A stretch of 64,000 nt of DNA from Acetatifactor sp. GTDB taxonomy: Bacteria; Bacillota; Clostridia; Lachnospirales; Lachnospiraceae. Shown here piece by piece: positions 21,034-31,258 of the stretch (position 1 is its first letter; each line of letters starts with the position of its first letter). The notes under the pieces are model-generated. The model searched no databases. It was not told the DNA's origin and worked only from the letters and a program-made list of their open reading frames with translations. The stretch spans positions 4,862-68,861 of the forward strand of contig JAZQGM010000155.1 of NCBI GenBank assembly GCA_045540075.1, in the 5' to 3' direction. A program made the position numbers and the translations under genes.

Positions 21034-21668
21034 GATGCGCATACCTCCTTTATCCCTTGCCCTATATACACATGATTATGCTTTTGAAATTCTTCTTTTG
21101 TGGTAATACCGGTCAAAACTGCTGCAAATGCAACATCCGCGTTTTCAGCAGTCTTGGCATCCACAAGACTGTCTCCCACATACAAAACTTCTTCTTTCTC
21201 TACTTGCAGATGCTTCACCGTCCACAACAATCCTTCCGGATCAGGCTTCTCCACCTTCACATCTTCTGCCCCCACGATCATGTCTATCAACTCATTGGCA
21301 TCAAACTTGTCCAAAATCTGCCGGATCCTATAATGATATTTTGAAGTTACAATGGCTGTTTTGTACCCACAAGCCTTTAATTTTTGTAAAACATCTTTGA
21401 CACCTTCATACACTTGCGTATGATCCACCATTACCTGATCTGCTTTTTCCTTAAACAGCCTGATAAACTGCTGAATCTCCTCCTCATTATCACTTGCTGT
21501 CAAAGCACAATAGGTTTCCCTTAAGGACAATCCCACTGTCCTCTTAATATCCGCAATGTCTCTTGGCTCATATCCCAACTGGCCCAATGCGTAATTAATA
21601 CTCAATGCGATGCCCTGTGTGGAATCACCCAAAGTATAGTCAAAATCAAATACAATAGCCTTTATCAT
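21015..21668 (-). CDS. HAD-IA hydrolase (phosphoglycolate phosphatase-like)
   Basis: FDFDYTL, TSK, KPDP and GDS..D motifs. Confidence 0.9.
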   Translation of the reverse strand: MIKAIVFDFDYTLGDSTQGIALSINYALGQLGYEPRDIADIKRTVGLSLRETYCALTASDNEEEIQQFIRLFKEKADQVMVDHTQVYEGVKDVLQKLKACGYKTAIVTSKYHYRIRQILDKFDANELIDMIVGAEDVKVEKPDPEGLLWTVKHLQVEKEEVLYVGDSLVDAKTAENADVAFAAVLTGITTKEEFQKHNHVYIGQGIKEVCASYLLVH

Positions 21669-21702
21669 GTAACCTCCGCCTTTTGCAGCTTTTCACACGC
21701 TT

Positions 21703-22125
21703 CTATGCTTTCCCTTTCACAGCAGTATCGATACTCTTTCCGAAAACAATAAATCTGTCATACAAATACTCTGTTGCAAAATTAATCAGCATTGTGCCGA
21801 TTAAAACCAGATATTCATTCCATCCCACAGCTTCACCAGTAAGAATAGCTGTCCACCATGTAGAAAGCGGGGTAAATATCAGATAAAACACAGCCACCTT
21901 CATCATAGCAACCGGAACATTATTGGCAGAACAAAAGGTAAACTTACGGTTCAGCGTAAAATTCCATAGTACTGACAATATGAGGGATACCAGATAAGAA
22001 AGCCAATGCTCAAGATGCCATATTTCTTCCATCAGTGTAAAACTTAACACTTGAATGATTCCCGCACTTGCTGAAAATAACACAAATTTTACTGTTCTGA
22101 TAACTTCCTTTTTCGGATTCGCCAT
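21703..22125 (-). CDS. GtrA-like membrane protein
   Basis: Four TMs; WNFTLNRKFTF. Confidence 0.8.
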   Translation of the reverse strand: MANPKKEVIRTVKFVLFSASAGIIQVLSFTLMEEIWHLEHWLSYLVSLILSVLWNFTLNRKFTFCSANNVPVAMMKVAVFYLIFTPLSTWWTAILTGEAVGWNEYLVLIGTMLINFATEYLYDRFIVFGKSIDTAVKGKA

Positions 22126-22146
22126 AATACCTGCACCTCCGGCTTT

Positions 22147-22235
22147 CTATTTCACATACTTCTTACCGACAACGCTGCCACCGTCAACCAGCACGTCAAC
22201 GCCTGCCAGATAACCATTTTTCCACCGTTTTTCAT
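22147..22235 (-). pseudogene. SDR oxidoreductase remnant (start joined out of frame to the C-terminus)
   Basis: AGGAG-ATG AAA AAC followed, in another frame, by NGYLAGVDVLVDGGSVVGKKYVK*, a typical SDR C-terminus. Confidence 0.55.
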
Positions 22236-22323
22236 TTTTGGCTCCTATATCATTTTTACAGTGGTAATAAAAATTGGTTTCATTCAAATTGTATCAAAAA
22301 ACTGGGGATTTGTATAGTGGCAG

Positions 22324-23196
22324 TTAAAAAATCCCAGGCAACTGTCTGGCTATCCACAGTCCCACGATAAAGGAGACCACATTGGCCACACATGCATAAC
22401 CAACTGCCCGCCCCTTGGATACAGAGCCATATTTCTCCCTGCCAAGAAATGCCCCATAAATCACTGCCTCTCCGGCAAGCACCAGGATTTCCAACAACAT
22501 ATAGTAAAATACAAACGCATACTGCCCTTTATTGTAATTGATCACATTCAACAACACATTCAATCCCACCTGAGTGATCACATTGGTACCCGCAAATAGC
22601 AGAATCTGGCTTTTACTGCGCAGACGAAACAGCAATGTAGCTATCAGCTCCACCAAAATAGTCAGCACGATCCGCACCGCCAGATTGAAAAGTTCCAGAC
22701 TGTAATCATAATCTTTGTCCACCACAACCTTACTCTGGTCCTCCAGTGTAAAGGTAAAATAACTATCGAACGCATATCTTTCGTAGATCTCACTGGACAC
22801 AAACCGGTCTTCCTCCGAGAAATACAGCACAATCTTAAAGACCCGGGGAGGATAATAGCCCCAGCGGAATGCATTCTTTTCACTGCAGTCCCAGAATTCC
22901 TGCAGGAAGTAAAAGCCGTCACTATCCTCATACTCCACAAACTTCTTCCAGATCTCATACCCCTCGTCATCGGCTGTATACCGAGCGTAACTTCCATCAT
23001 AGGCTGACGCAGGACCGGTTGACTTGTTTTGGGAAAGAAGCGTTGCGTAGTATTCCTTACCTACTGCGCCTTCTATAGTTACAGACACCGAAGGCTTCGG
23101 GCCTATGTCTGCCCTTGCTGTTAGGGGAAACAGATTTACGGTTATCAATACACAAAGTAAAAATGTCATGATTGGAATTTTTTTTAACTGTTTCAT
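22324..23196 (-). CDS. Hypothetical protein with signal peptide and about four C-terminal TMs
   Basis: Signal peptide ending ARA-DIGPKPS; hydrophobic C-terminal third; AAGGAG RBS. Confidence 0.7.
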   Translation of the reverse strand: MKQLKKIPIMTFLLCVLITVNLFPLTARADIGPKPSVSVTIEGAVGKEYYATLLSQNKSTGPASAYDGSYARYTADDEGYEIWKKFVEYEDSDGFYFLQEFWDCSEKNAFRWGYYPPRVFKIVLYFSEEDRFVSSEIYERYAFDSYFTFTLEDQSKVVVDKDYDYSLELFNLAVRIVLTILVELIATLLFRLRSKSQILLFAGTNVITQVGLNVLLNVINYNKGQYAFVFYYMLLEILVLAGEAVIYGAFLGREKYGSVSKGRAVGYACVANVVSFIVGLWIARQLPGIF

Positions 23197-23398
23197 GATG
23201 GCTTCTCCTTCCTTTGTAACTGCTAACGTGGCTATTGCACTGCCATTTACCACCTAAATTATATCATTTTTTAGACCATATAACTACAATATTATTAAAT
23301 CTTAAGATACTGGCTTCATTATTTTTTTATCGAATGCTGCATATAATATTACTTAAAGAAAACTCTCGTACTCCCACACAGAAAAATATCTTAAGCAC

Positions 23399-23448
23399 TT
23401 GACGTACAAGAAATTGTACGTTATAATAAAAGTACAGAAAACTGTACA
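23399..23448 (+). promoter_or_regulatory. yefM-yoeB promoter with two operator palindromes
   Basis: TTGACG-17-TATAAT overlapped by ACGTACAA-gaaa-TTGTACGT and followed by GTACAG-aaaa-CTGTAC. Confidence 0.8.
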
Positions 23449-23471
23449 TTAATAAATAGGAGACAAATCTT

Positions 23472-23738
23472 ATGTTAGCTGTAAACTATACAAATCTTAG
23501 AGAGAATATGAAAGCCTATATGGATAAAGTTACAGATGATTATGAGACTATGATCGTAACAAGGAAAGACAATAAGAATGTTGTTATGTTATCAGAAGAG
23601 GCCTATAATAATCTGATAGAGAATGTCTATATCATGGGTAATAAGGCCAATTATGATTGGTTAATGGAGTCCAAAGCACAATTGGAAAGCGGAAACTTTG
23701 CTGTGCAAAATCTTGTAGAGGTACCTGCGGATGAATAA
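23472..23738 (+). CDS. yefM: Phd/YefM antitoxin
   Basis: NYTNLRENMK...IVTRK..NVVMLS; overlaps the toxin start. Confidence 0.9.
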   Translation: MLAVNYTNLRENMKAYMDKVTDDYETMIVTRKDNKNVVMLSEEAYNNLIENVYIMGNKANYDWLMESKAQLESGNFAVQNLVEVPADE

Positions 23739-23994
23739 AATATTTACACAAAATGGCTGGCAGGACTATGTTTATTGGCAGACTGAAGACCGCAAGACTC
23801 TGAAAAAAATAAACAACCTGATCGAAGATATCTGCCGAAATGGAAATGAAGGTGTCGGAAAACCAGAACCACTAAGGGGTAACTTGACCGAGTTCTGGAG
23901 CAGACGTATTAATGATAAGGACAGGCTGATATACAGGATTGATGAGAATAATGTGTATATTTTGGCTTGTCGATATCATTATAGTGATACATAA
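23731..23994 (+). CDS. yoeB: Txe/YoeB toxin
   Basis: WQDYVYW, GKPEPL, WSRRI and RYHY motifs. Confidence 0.93.
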   Translation: MNKIFTQNGWQDYVYWQTEDRKTLKKINNLIEDICRNGNEGVGKPEPLRGNLTEFWSRRINDKDRLIYRIDENNVYILACRYHYSDT

Positions 23995-24044
23995 GATGAG
24001 TGCAATAACTGTAATATTTCGAGTATACTTGTATAATGCCGTCT

Positions 24045-24305
24045 TCATTTATGATTGATCCACCCCAGTTCCTTCAGCTGCTCTATCATGTCCGTAGGAA
24101 TATCTGCCTCGTATCCTTCTCCCAGTTTTATGCAGACATATACCCCATATTCCCGGGGTAACTTTCTGCGATTCCATCATGGATGATAAAAATTCTATCC
24201 CCGGTTTCCAGATTATCAAACATCTTTCCGCTTCCCCACCTTGCACGCATGTCATTGGGGGATCGGTCAAGTACCACCAGATAGCTTCCGTTATCTGCTA
24301 CAATA
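24045..24305 (-). pseudogene. Frameshifted 3' remnant of a hypothetical gene
   Basis: Frame 1 ...LETGDRIFIIHDGIAESYPG continues in frame 2 as GVYVCIKLGEG...EQLKELGW; no start codon or RBS found. Confidence 0.45.
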
Positions 24306-24371
24306 CACGTAATACAGTTGTACGTGTAATAGACATCTCGCTGCGAACGAAGATAAAGTCAGCCGTTTGCT

Positions 24372-25253
24372 TCACGGAGATGTCTTCTTTTCTCTTGCCA
24401 CCACCACAAATCTACCGTTCTCAATATGATATGCGCAGGTAACCAATGTAATCAGTCTGTCCCCATATTCCGCAGTCACTCCGGTATCATAAAGGGCATG
24501 TTCATAATAATAATCCGTAGCTTCATTAAAGTGGGCTTCATCCCGTGCATCAATAAACTGATAAAATTTAAAGCATTTCTCATGCTGATAATACACCTTG
24601 TCATAGAAGGCTGATACAATCTCGTACTCTCGCTCTTCATGAAGGGTAGAAAAAAGGATCGTGGGATGTTCTTCCCAATAGGTCTCCTTCTGATATTTCA
24701 TCAGTGAGGCAAACATGGAACCATTCTTCATGTTGTGACCGTAAATGATCAGATTGTCACTTTCCGGATCCATACAACAGTCATCTTCTATAAAAGGAAG
24801 TCCCGCCACGTTAAATTTGCCTTGAAAATCCGCATAAATATATTTTTCACCATTCTCCGAAGTATACATCACCGGATAATCTACTACTGTATCTTCAATT
24901 TTGATCCAACCGGCCAAATCCGGATTTTGTGCATACATTTCTGCCAAATGTGGTAAAATCTGCGCCTCATCTGTGGGCGAGGTCACTTCTACATTCTCCA
25001 CGGACAGACCTGCTGTCTCAGATTCTGTACCATTTCCTGTAGCATCCGCAGTTGACTGATGGTTTTCTTCTTGTATATTGGTTGCGGTACCTTTATCTTC
25101 TAACCCATCCCCCTTTTCTCCGATTCCTCCAAGAAACAGCACGGTGAGCAGCACGACCAGAAGCAGTGCTCCCACAACTGCACTCCATGCCATTATCGTT
25201 ACCCACATTTTTTTGCTTATAAGATGTCTGCTATGTTGCTTTTTCATAAACAT
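24372..25253 (-). CDS. srtB: Class B sortase
   Basis: N-terminal TM, NPDLAGWI, IYGHNMKNGSMF and TLVTC...GRFVV. Confidence 0.92.
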   Translation of the reverse strand: MFMKKQHSRHLISKKMWVTIMAWSAVVGALLLVVLLTVLFLGGIGEKGDGLEDKGTATNIQEENHQSTADATGNGTESETAGLSVENVEVTSPTDEAQILPHLAEMYAQNPDLAGWIKIEDTVVDYPVMYTSENGEKYIYADFQGKFNVAGLPFIEDDCCMDPESDNLIIYGHNMKNGSMFASLMKYQKETYWEEHPTILFSTLHEEREYEIVSAFYDKVYYQHEKCFKFYQFIDARDEAHFNEATDYYYEHALYDTGVTAEYGDRLITLVTCAYHIENGRFVVVAREKKTSP

Positions 25254-25284
25254 TTATCCTCCTGTCAGAGAAATAAGTACATGG

Positions 25285-25318
25285 AATAAGCGGCGGATGA
25301 TGCCACCCACCGCTTATT
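25285..25318 (-). promoter_or_regulatory. Intra-operon RNA stem-loop between the cohesin gene and srtB
   Basis: AAUAAGCGGUGGGUG-GCAU-CAUCCGCCGCUUAUU; 15 bp with two G-U pairs that form only on the minus-strand RNA. Confidence 0.6.
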
Positions 25319-25330
25319 TTGGGGAAATTT

Positions 25331-26656
25331 TTATTTGGTGTTCCTACGCTTTTCAGCAAGTATCATCACTATAATAGCGCAGGCTGTTACTGCAAGAATC
25401 GTCAACGGTACTGTTGCAACGATGCGAGTAATGTCTCCTGTCTTGGGTATATTATCAAGCGCAGGATTATTACTTACAGGTTTCTGATATCCACATGCAC
25501 ACACACCGCTATTCTCAAAGACATGTGCCTCAGGTGAAGTGGTTGTGCCACAATTACAGCTGTACCAGTGATCTACATCATCATAATGTACATGGACAAA
25601 TACATGGTTCAGTGCCGGGATAGTCTCTGTCTCAGCAGTGCCACAGTCTACACATACGCGGCTGCGGGAGCCATCCTGAGCACAGGTTGCATCCTGATCT
25701 ACCTTCCAATCGCCGAAGCTATGTCCCTTTGCTGCGATTGCTCTGGTCTCAGCAAGATCACAGGTTGCACACTTACGGGTCTCAGTTCCTTCTTCCGTAC
25801 AGGTGGCTGCTTTGGTTACTGTCCAATTACCGATCGCATGGTCTTTCTTTGCAATCGCTCTGGTCTCAGTCAGATCACAACCGTTACATTTACGAACCTC
25901 CGTTCCTTCTGCAGTACAGGTAGCTGCTTTGGTCACTGTCCATTCGCCCATGACATGATCTTTCTTCGCAATTGCTTTGGACTCGCTATAGTCACATTTT
26001 GCACACTTGCGTATCTGGGTGCCTTCTGCTGCACAGGTAGAATCCGTAGCCACAGTCCACTGACCCAGAGAATGGCCGAGGGCTGTGATAACTTCTGTCT
26101 GCTTATCTACACAGCCTGCTACGGTACAGGTACGATATCTGCTGCCGTTTACGGTACATGTGGCTGCTTTCTCCACAACCCACTCACCATACACATGCTC
26201 ATGAACAGGCTTGTCGATGGTTACGGAACCGCCGGCAATATTCATAGAAATATCTTCGTTGTTTGCATTTGCCAGAGAACCGGGTTCAAAGGACGCAGTT
26301 ACATCATAGGTTTTACCAGCCTCAGCACCATCCAGAACTTCAAATGTTGCAATGAACAGCTTGCCATCTCCGGTGACATTGTTTAAGTCTGCGACAAAGA
26401 AACTTGCGCAGGCACCGTCAACATTGCTCAGGAAATAACCCTTGCCTGCACTCAGACAACCGGCATCAGACATTCCAACCAGCTTCAGGGCTGTTGTATC
26501 ATAAGAAAGATCTACAGTATAGCAGCCAAAACCGGGGTTGCCCGAAACTGTAACTTCAACTTCAACAGTTTCACCGACCGTAGCTGCGATAGCAGTTGTA
26601 GCCATGCCGGAAACCAGCAGAAGGACTACCAACAGCGAAATTATTATTTTTTTCAT
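25331..26656 (-). CDS. Sortase-anchored surface protein: cohesin-like domain, Cys/His repeats and IPKTG sorting signal
   Basis: Signal peptide; GETVEVEVTVSGNPG...LSYDTTALKLV...GDGKLFIATFEVL...GSVTI (cohesin pattern); five repeats; IPKTG, TM and KRRNTK tail. Confidence 0.8.
   Translation of the reverse strand: MKKIIISLLVVLLLVSGMATTAIAATVGETVEVEVTVSGNPGFGCYTVDLSYDTTALKLVGMSDAGCLSAGKGYFLSNVDGACASFFVADLNNVTGDGKLFIATFEVLDGAEAGKTYDVTASFEPGSLANANNEDISMNIAGGSVTIDKPVHEHVYGEWVVEKAATCTVNGSRYRTCTVAGCVDKQTEVITALGHSLGQWTVATDSTCAAEGTQIRKCAKCDYSESKAIAKKDHVMGEWTVTKAATCTAEGTEVRKCNGCDLTETRAIAKKDHAIGNWTVTKAATCTEEGTETRKCATCDLAETRAIAAKGHSFGDWKVDQDATCAQDGSRSRVCVDCGTAETETIPALNHVFVHVHYDDVDHWYSCNCGTTTSPEAHVFENSGVCACGYQKPVSNNPALDNIPKTGDITRIVATVPLTILAVTACAIIVMILAEKRRNTK
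25600..26200 (-). repeat. Five tandem ~117-bp (39-41 aa) Cys/His repeats
   Basis: Unit pattern HxxGxWxVxxxxTCxxxGxxxRxCxxC...(E/Q)(T/S)xxI. Confidence 0.85.
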
Positions 26657-26689
26657 ATCTATTATACTCCTTTTCGAATAACGCACAAA

Positions 26690-29600
26690 CTACTGGATGG
26701 GGAATTGTGCGATTTGATCGTTGGCATACTGTGCAATCTGCATTGCATCACGAATATTGACTGCACCTTCACCATCAACATCACAGACATTCAAGTTCAG
26801 CTTATCCGCACCGATCTGCTTATTAGCATACTGTGCAACCAACATTGCGTCACGGATGTTGACAATACCATTGCTATCAGCATCACCCAACAGACCGCTA
26901 TCTGTCTTGACATAGGTAATATTCAAAGCGTCAGCGATTTCAGCAGCAATGTAATCATCGCCCAAAGTGCTGGGATACAGAACCGAGAACTCACTGTTCA
27001 TGATAGCAAGCAAATCCCAAACGCTCAGTACCTTTTTTGTATTGATAGTGTCCACAGAAGGAGCATCAACATAGATGGATTTTCCGGACAGGATGGAGTA
27101 AGCCACTCCATGGACCCCAACACCCTTAACCAAATAATCAATGTACTCACCCATATCCAGAGTGACATTTCCGCCCAGATCAATGATCACACCCTCCATG
27201 GGGTTATACATACCAACGATAATTACCAGTGCATCGGAATTGACAGCATGAATATCGCTGACCAATCCGGGCAGTTCGGTAGCATACACCATGGCAGCGT
27301 AAGCATAAGCCTCGATGGCACTATTCACTCGATCTGCACTTTCACCTTCAATGCCAGCCTCTGCAATCTTTGCAGCAACTTCAGCCAGCAGCTCATCCAC
27401 ATAATGAACATTCTCAGCACCAACTACTGCTGTCCAATCCATTTCACCGCCGTAGAGTGCAGTATTAACAGCCTTGGCCATAAATTCCACGTTGGAGAAG
27501 CCGATAGTAATCAGGTCAGCGCCGGTAACATCGGACAGATTTGCGCGCTCAGCCTCAACAGTGTTGCCCACCTTTGCATAGTTGACCAGCTCGATCTCAT
27601 CGACACCATTTGCAGCAGCCTCAGCATTCAGTGCGGCAGCCAACTTCTCTGCGTAACCCTCAGCCTCGGCAGAGCCGTCACCGATGGCTACATACTTAAA
27701 GTCATCATCGATGACCAGGTCAGCGGTGGTAGCTTCCTCGATCAGAGCCTTGACAGCATCGATCAGGGATTCCACAGCATCCACGATGGCTTCGCCACCC
27801 ATTTCGATCAGGGCATTCTTCAGCTCCTTGATGGCTTCCAGGTTGCCCTTCAGGATTTCTTCAACAGCCTTCTGTGCAGCAGCCAGTTCCTCACGGATAG
27901 CGTTTAGGATGCCGTTGACCTCATCGGCCAGAGCCTCACCAATCTTGCCCAACTCTTCCAGCTGCTTGTTCAGCGCTTCAGTCAGCTCGGCAATGGCCTT
28001 GTCAGCAGCGGCAATCAGTTCTTCCACAGCCTTGTCATAAGCTGCCTTCAGTTCAGCCAGCTGCTTCTCCAGTTCAGCAACAGCCTCATCATAAGCTGCT
28101 TTCAGCTCTTCCAGTTGCTTCTCCAGCGTAGCAATGGCCTCTTCATACACCTTGGTAACTTCTGCAACGATCTGCTCGTAAGCTTCCTGTGCAACATTCT
28201 CCAGATGCTCTATAGCGCAAGCCAGATCCTGATTAACGACAGCGATATCACCGTTGACTCTGTCGATCTGTGTCTGCAGCTGTTTACGTACTTCTTCAGT
28301 CGCATCAGCAGCCAGGCCTTCCAATTCTGCCTGATAGCCCTTCAGCTCTTCTTCCAGGGCAACCAGCTTCTTAGCTACTTCTGCCTTCTTATTCTCAATC
28401 TGTACACTGATCTCCGCTTCGATCTCAGCGTATTTAGAGTTTACTTCCTCCGTGATCTTGGCTTCAATTTCAGCCAGTTCTGCACGGATATTTTCTTCAG
28501 AGATATTGTATTCAGCGGCCAGTTCTGCCAGTTTGGTACGGATGTTTTCCTCTGAGATACCGTACTCTGCTGCCAACTTAGCCAGCTCTGCCTGCAAGTT
28601 TGCGTTGATTTCTTCCTTGTTTGCTTCGTATGCCTGCTGTGCGGCCATAATGGTACCGCCCACCAGCATCAGGGCTTCCTCAGGAATCTGCTCAATGCAG
28701 CCGGGCAGTTCTGTCATGAATTTATTGTAAAGTGCATCGGCATCGGCAGCGATCTTTTCGATCATGACATCCACGTCAGCCATCATTTCTTCGGCAGTGC
28801 CGATGGTCAGGTTCAGAACCTCCACAGCAGCCTTAGCAGTAGCACGGGCAGCTTCGAAGGAATTAACCACCTGGTTCACAACACCGTCGAAGTTCTTTAT
28901 TACATTGATAACTTCATTTACTGCCTTTTCCAGATCCTCAGCAGCGGCAACTACGTCAGCCATGGTCTTTTCCAGTTCTTCAACTGCAGCAGTGATCTGC
29001 TCAGCCAGGGCAACCATGTCAGTGATGTCCGCTTCAACATCGGCGATCAGAGCCTCGATAACAGCAATGGCATGCTCCAGATCCTTGACAGCAGCTTCCA
29101 ACTCGGCCTCAATGCCTTCACCGTCCACAACACAGTCATTTCCGGTTACCTCGGTCTGCTCATTGCCACCCAACTGCACATCGATATTGATGTCTGGGGT
29201 GTGGATGGAGCCGATTTCAACATTGTTGATTACATCAGCCAACTCAGCCTGTTTAGCTTCCAGTTCTGCCTTCAAATCAGCCAGCTCTGCTGTCAGCTGA
29301 TCCTTCTGAGCTGCCAACTCGCCAACAGCTGCTTCAATAGCAGGCAGAGCTGTTTCGGTGTAATAAGCATAGCGCTGAGTCAACATATTGTTCAGGTCAA
29401 TAATGCTGTTTTCAACAGCTTCTACGTAGCCATACTCTTCCCACTGTGCCCAAACCTGTGCGGCAGCCTCGGGACCGTACTGCTCCAGCAACTGATACAG
29501 CTCTTCCAGAACAATCTGTACATTTTCAATGGTCTCATCCTTCGCCGTATGTTTATTCTCATAAGTAGCGATTACAGCTTCAGCAATTTCGTCGTGACCC

Positions 29601-31135
29601 TCAGGAGTAGGATGTACACTCATTCCGTTGCCCACTTTGAACAGTGCGTATATTTTGCACATACCCTTTATTTCATTTGTAGAAGTCAAGCCGGTTGCCA
29701 ACCACTCACGAGTGCTTTCCGGTGCATCCGTAGGATATGCACCCAGATTATCAAACACGGAAGATAAATCACCGGCAATCTTCATTAAACCAGTTAAAGG
29801 GATATCCATTGTGTCACAGCTGGAAGCAACAGCTTCCTCCAAGCCTAGATAGATGGCAACGGACAAAAGCTTGTTAATATCCTCTTCCTCATATCCAAAT
29901 CCAAACCAAGGATTAACAAGGTTTGTCCACTCAATCTGCTCATAGGTATTTACAGCGGACAGATTAATGCCGGGCAGAGGCTTTCCCGTGATCGCCAAGC
30001 CGATCATGGGTGCCAAAGTTTCACTGTAAGCATCTATATTTCTTTTACGTACAGTCTCTCCAGACAAGCGGCCATCCTGAATTTTGCCCCATCCGGCAAC
30101 CTGCAGTTCGTCAAATTCCTGACTGATAAACTTAGGCGCGGGCTGTTCAGCATAATACAACTTTGCATTAGGAGCAATCCCCTGCATTTGAAGAACTGTA
30201 GGCAGACCTGCCATGTAAGCATTCAACATATTGAAAAGTCGATCCATCACATCACCAAACGGCAGAAGCACATTACCGTTTTCATCGGTCACATTCATGC
30301 CATAGGTGGTATTCAGCAGACCAACCAAAACCATCTCCACATCGGAGTTCATTTCCAGAATCTGCTCAACCAACAATTTGTAGTTAACAATATAACTGGC
30401 AGTAGTGTATGCCAGAACGTCAATGACCTGATCCAAATTGTACTCCTCAACCAATTCCGCAGGAACCTTATTGATGAGTTCAGTCTCCAGATAATTGTAT
30501 ACTTCCATAACTATCTTATACTGCTCGCTATCCATCTCAAGAACTGCAATAGCATCCTCAAAACAGATCTGTTCGTCCTCATCCAAAGATGCACCAAATA
30601 CGCCGAGAGCAGAAGTTATTCTGTCCAGCATAAATGCACCGAAAGATGCGTTGCCAATACCCATGGTGATGATATCAGCCTCTGTTACAGCATTCTGAAT
30701 ATGGGGCATTAGCTCATCATCGGAATACATTCCAACGTAATCGCGATATCCATTCCAACCATCATCGAAATAGTCCCGACCACCTAATAAATACAGTAAA
30801 TCTTCTGCCAACATAGCAGACGCAGCCAACTTCGTATGGTTTACGTCATATCCGAGTCCTTTCAGATAGTTTTCAAACTGTAACGGATATGCACCATCAC
30901 CATACATTCCCTTACCAGTCATGAAGTCATATTCATTTCGATTATTGCTATCCTGAGCATATCCGGTAAAGCCATAACCGTTAGACATAGAGTCGCCAAT
31001 AGAAACATATTTTATTGTTTTCTTGGGCGCATTTTCTTGTGCGAATGCAACCGTCGGACACAACCCAACCACCAGGCACAGCACCATCAGAAGAGCCGTT
31101 CCGGACTGCCACATTCTAGTAAGCATTTTTTTCAT
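26690..31135 (-). CDS. Secreted SGNH/GDSL hydrolase with long acidic coiled coil, second degenerate SGNH domain and C-terminal dockerin
   Basis: Signal peptide (AFA-QE); YVSIGDSMSNG, ITMGIGN, VHPTPEGH; YVAIGDGS; duplicated GDADSNGIVNIRDAMLVAQY / DVDGEGAVNIRDAMQIAQY; start at MKKML with an AGGAGG RBS. Confidence 0.85.
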   Translation of the reverse strand: MKKMLTRMWQSGTALLMVLCLVVGLCPTVAFAQENAPKKTIKYVSIGDSMSNGYGFTGYAQDSNNRNEYDFMTGKGMYGDGAYPLQFENYLKGLGYDVNHTKLAASAMLAEDLLYLLGGRDYFDDGWNGYRDYVGMYSDDELMPHIQNAVTEADIITMGIGNASFGAFMLDRITSALGVFGASLDEDEQICFEDAIAVLEMDSEQYKIVMEVYNYLETELINKVPAELVEEYNLDQVIDVLAYTTASYIVNYKLLVEQILEMNSDVEMVLVGLLNTTYGMNVTDENGNVLLPFGDVMDRLFNMLNAYMAGLPTVLQMQGIAPNAKLYYAEQPAPKFISQEFDELQVAGWGKIQDGRLSGETVRKRNIDAYSETLAPMIGLAITGKPLPGINLSAVNTYEQIEWTNLVNPWFGFGYEEEDINKLLSVAIYLGLEEAVASSCDTMDIPLTGLMKIAGDLSSVFDNLGAYPTDAPESTREWLATGLTSTNEIKGMCKIYALFKVGNGMSVHPTPEGHDEIAEAVIATYENKHTAKDETIENVQIVLEELYQLLEQYGPEAAAQVWAQWEEYGYVEAVENSIIDLNNMLTQRYAYYTETALPAIEAAVGELAAQKDQLTAELADLKAELEAKQAELADVINNVEIGSIHTPDINIDVQLGGNEQTEVTGNDCVVDGEGIEAELEAAVKDLEHAIAVIEALIADVEADITDMVALAEQITAAVEELEKTMADVVAAAEDLEKAVNEVINVIKNFDGVVNQVVNSFEAARATAKAAVEVLNLTIGTAEEMMADVDVMIEKIAADADALYNKFMTELPGCIEQIPEEALMLVGGTIMAAQQAYEANKEEINANLQAELAKLAAEYGISEENIRTKLAELAAEYNISEENIRAELAEIEAKITEEVNSKYAEIEAEISVQIENKKAEVAKKLVALEEELKGYQAELEGLAADATEEVRKQLQTQIDRVNGDIAVVNQDLACAIEHLENVAQEAYEQIVAEVTKVYEEAIATLEKQLEELKAAYDEAVAELEKQLAELKAAYDKAVEELIAAADKAIAELTEALNKQLEELGKIGEALADEVNGILNAIREELAAAQKAVEEILKGNLEAIKELKNALIEMGGEAIVDAVESLIDAVKALIEEATTADLVIDDDFKYVAIGDGSAEAEGYAEKLAAALNAEAAANGVDEIELVNYAKVGNTVEAERANLSDVTGADLITIGFSNVEFMAKAVNTALYGGEMDWTAVVGAENVHYVDELLAEVAAKIAEAGIEGESADRVNSAIEAYAYAAMVYATELPGLVSDIHAVNSDALVIIVGMYNPMEGVIIDLGGNVTLDMGEYIDYLVKGVGVHGVAYSILSGKSIYVDAPSVDTINTKKVLSVWDLLAIMNSEFSVLYPSTLGDDYIAAEIADALNITYVKTDSGLLGDADSNGIVNIRDAMLVAQYANKQIGADKLNLNVCDVDGEGAVNIRDAMQIAQYANDQIAQFPIQ

Positions 31136-31258
31136 GATTACCTCCTGTATCATATTATTATTTTGGGGAGTATGTCGAACTCTTGCATCCGGCATCTCTC
31201 AATCTATTACATCACGCTGCCCCTCGACAACGATAATGCCTGATTTTCTCAGAACCTT

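Noticed and set aside
26705-27907. 400-aa plus-strand ORF and other long antisense ORFs (25568-26386, 9080-9904, 41875-42702, 38067-38879)
   Set aside because: Shadow frames opposite well-supported genes, with no recognisable motifs.
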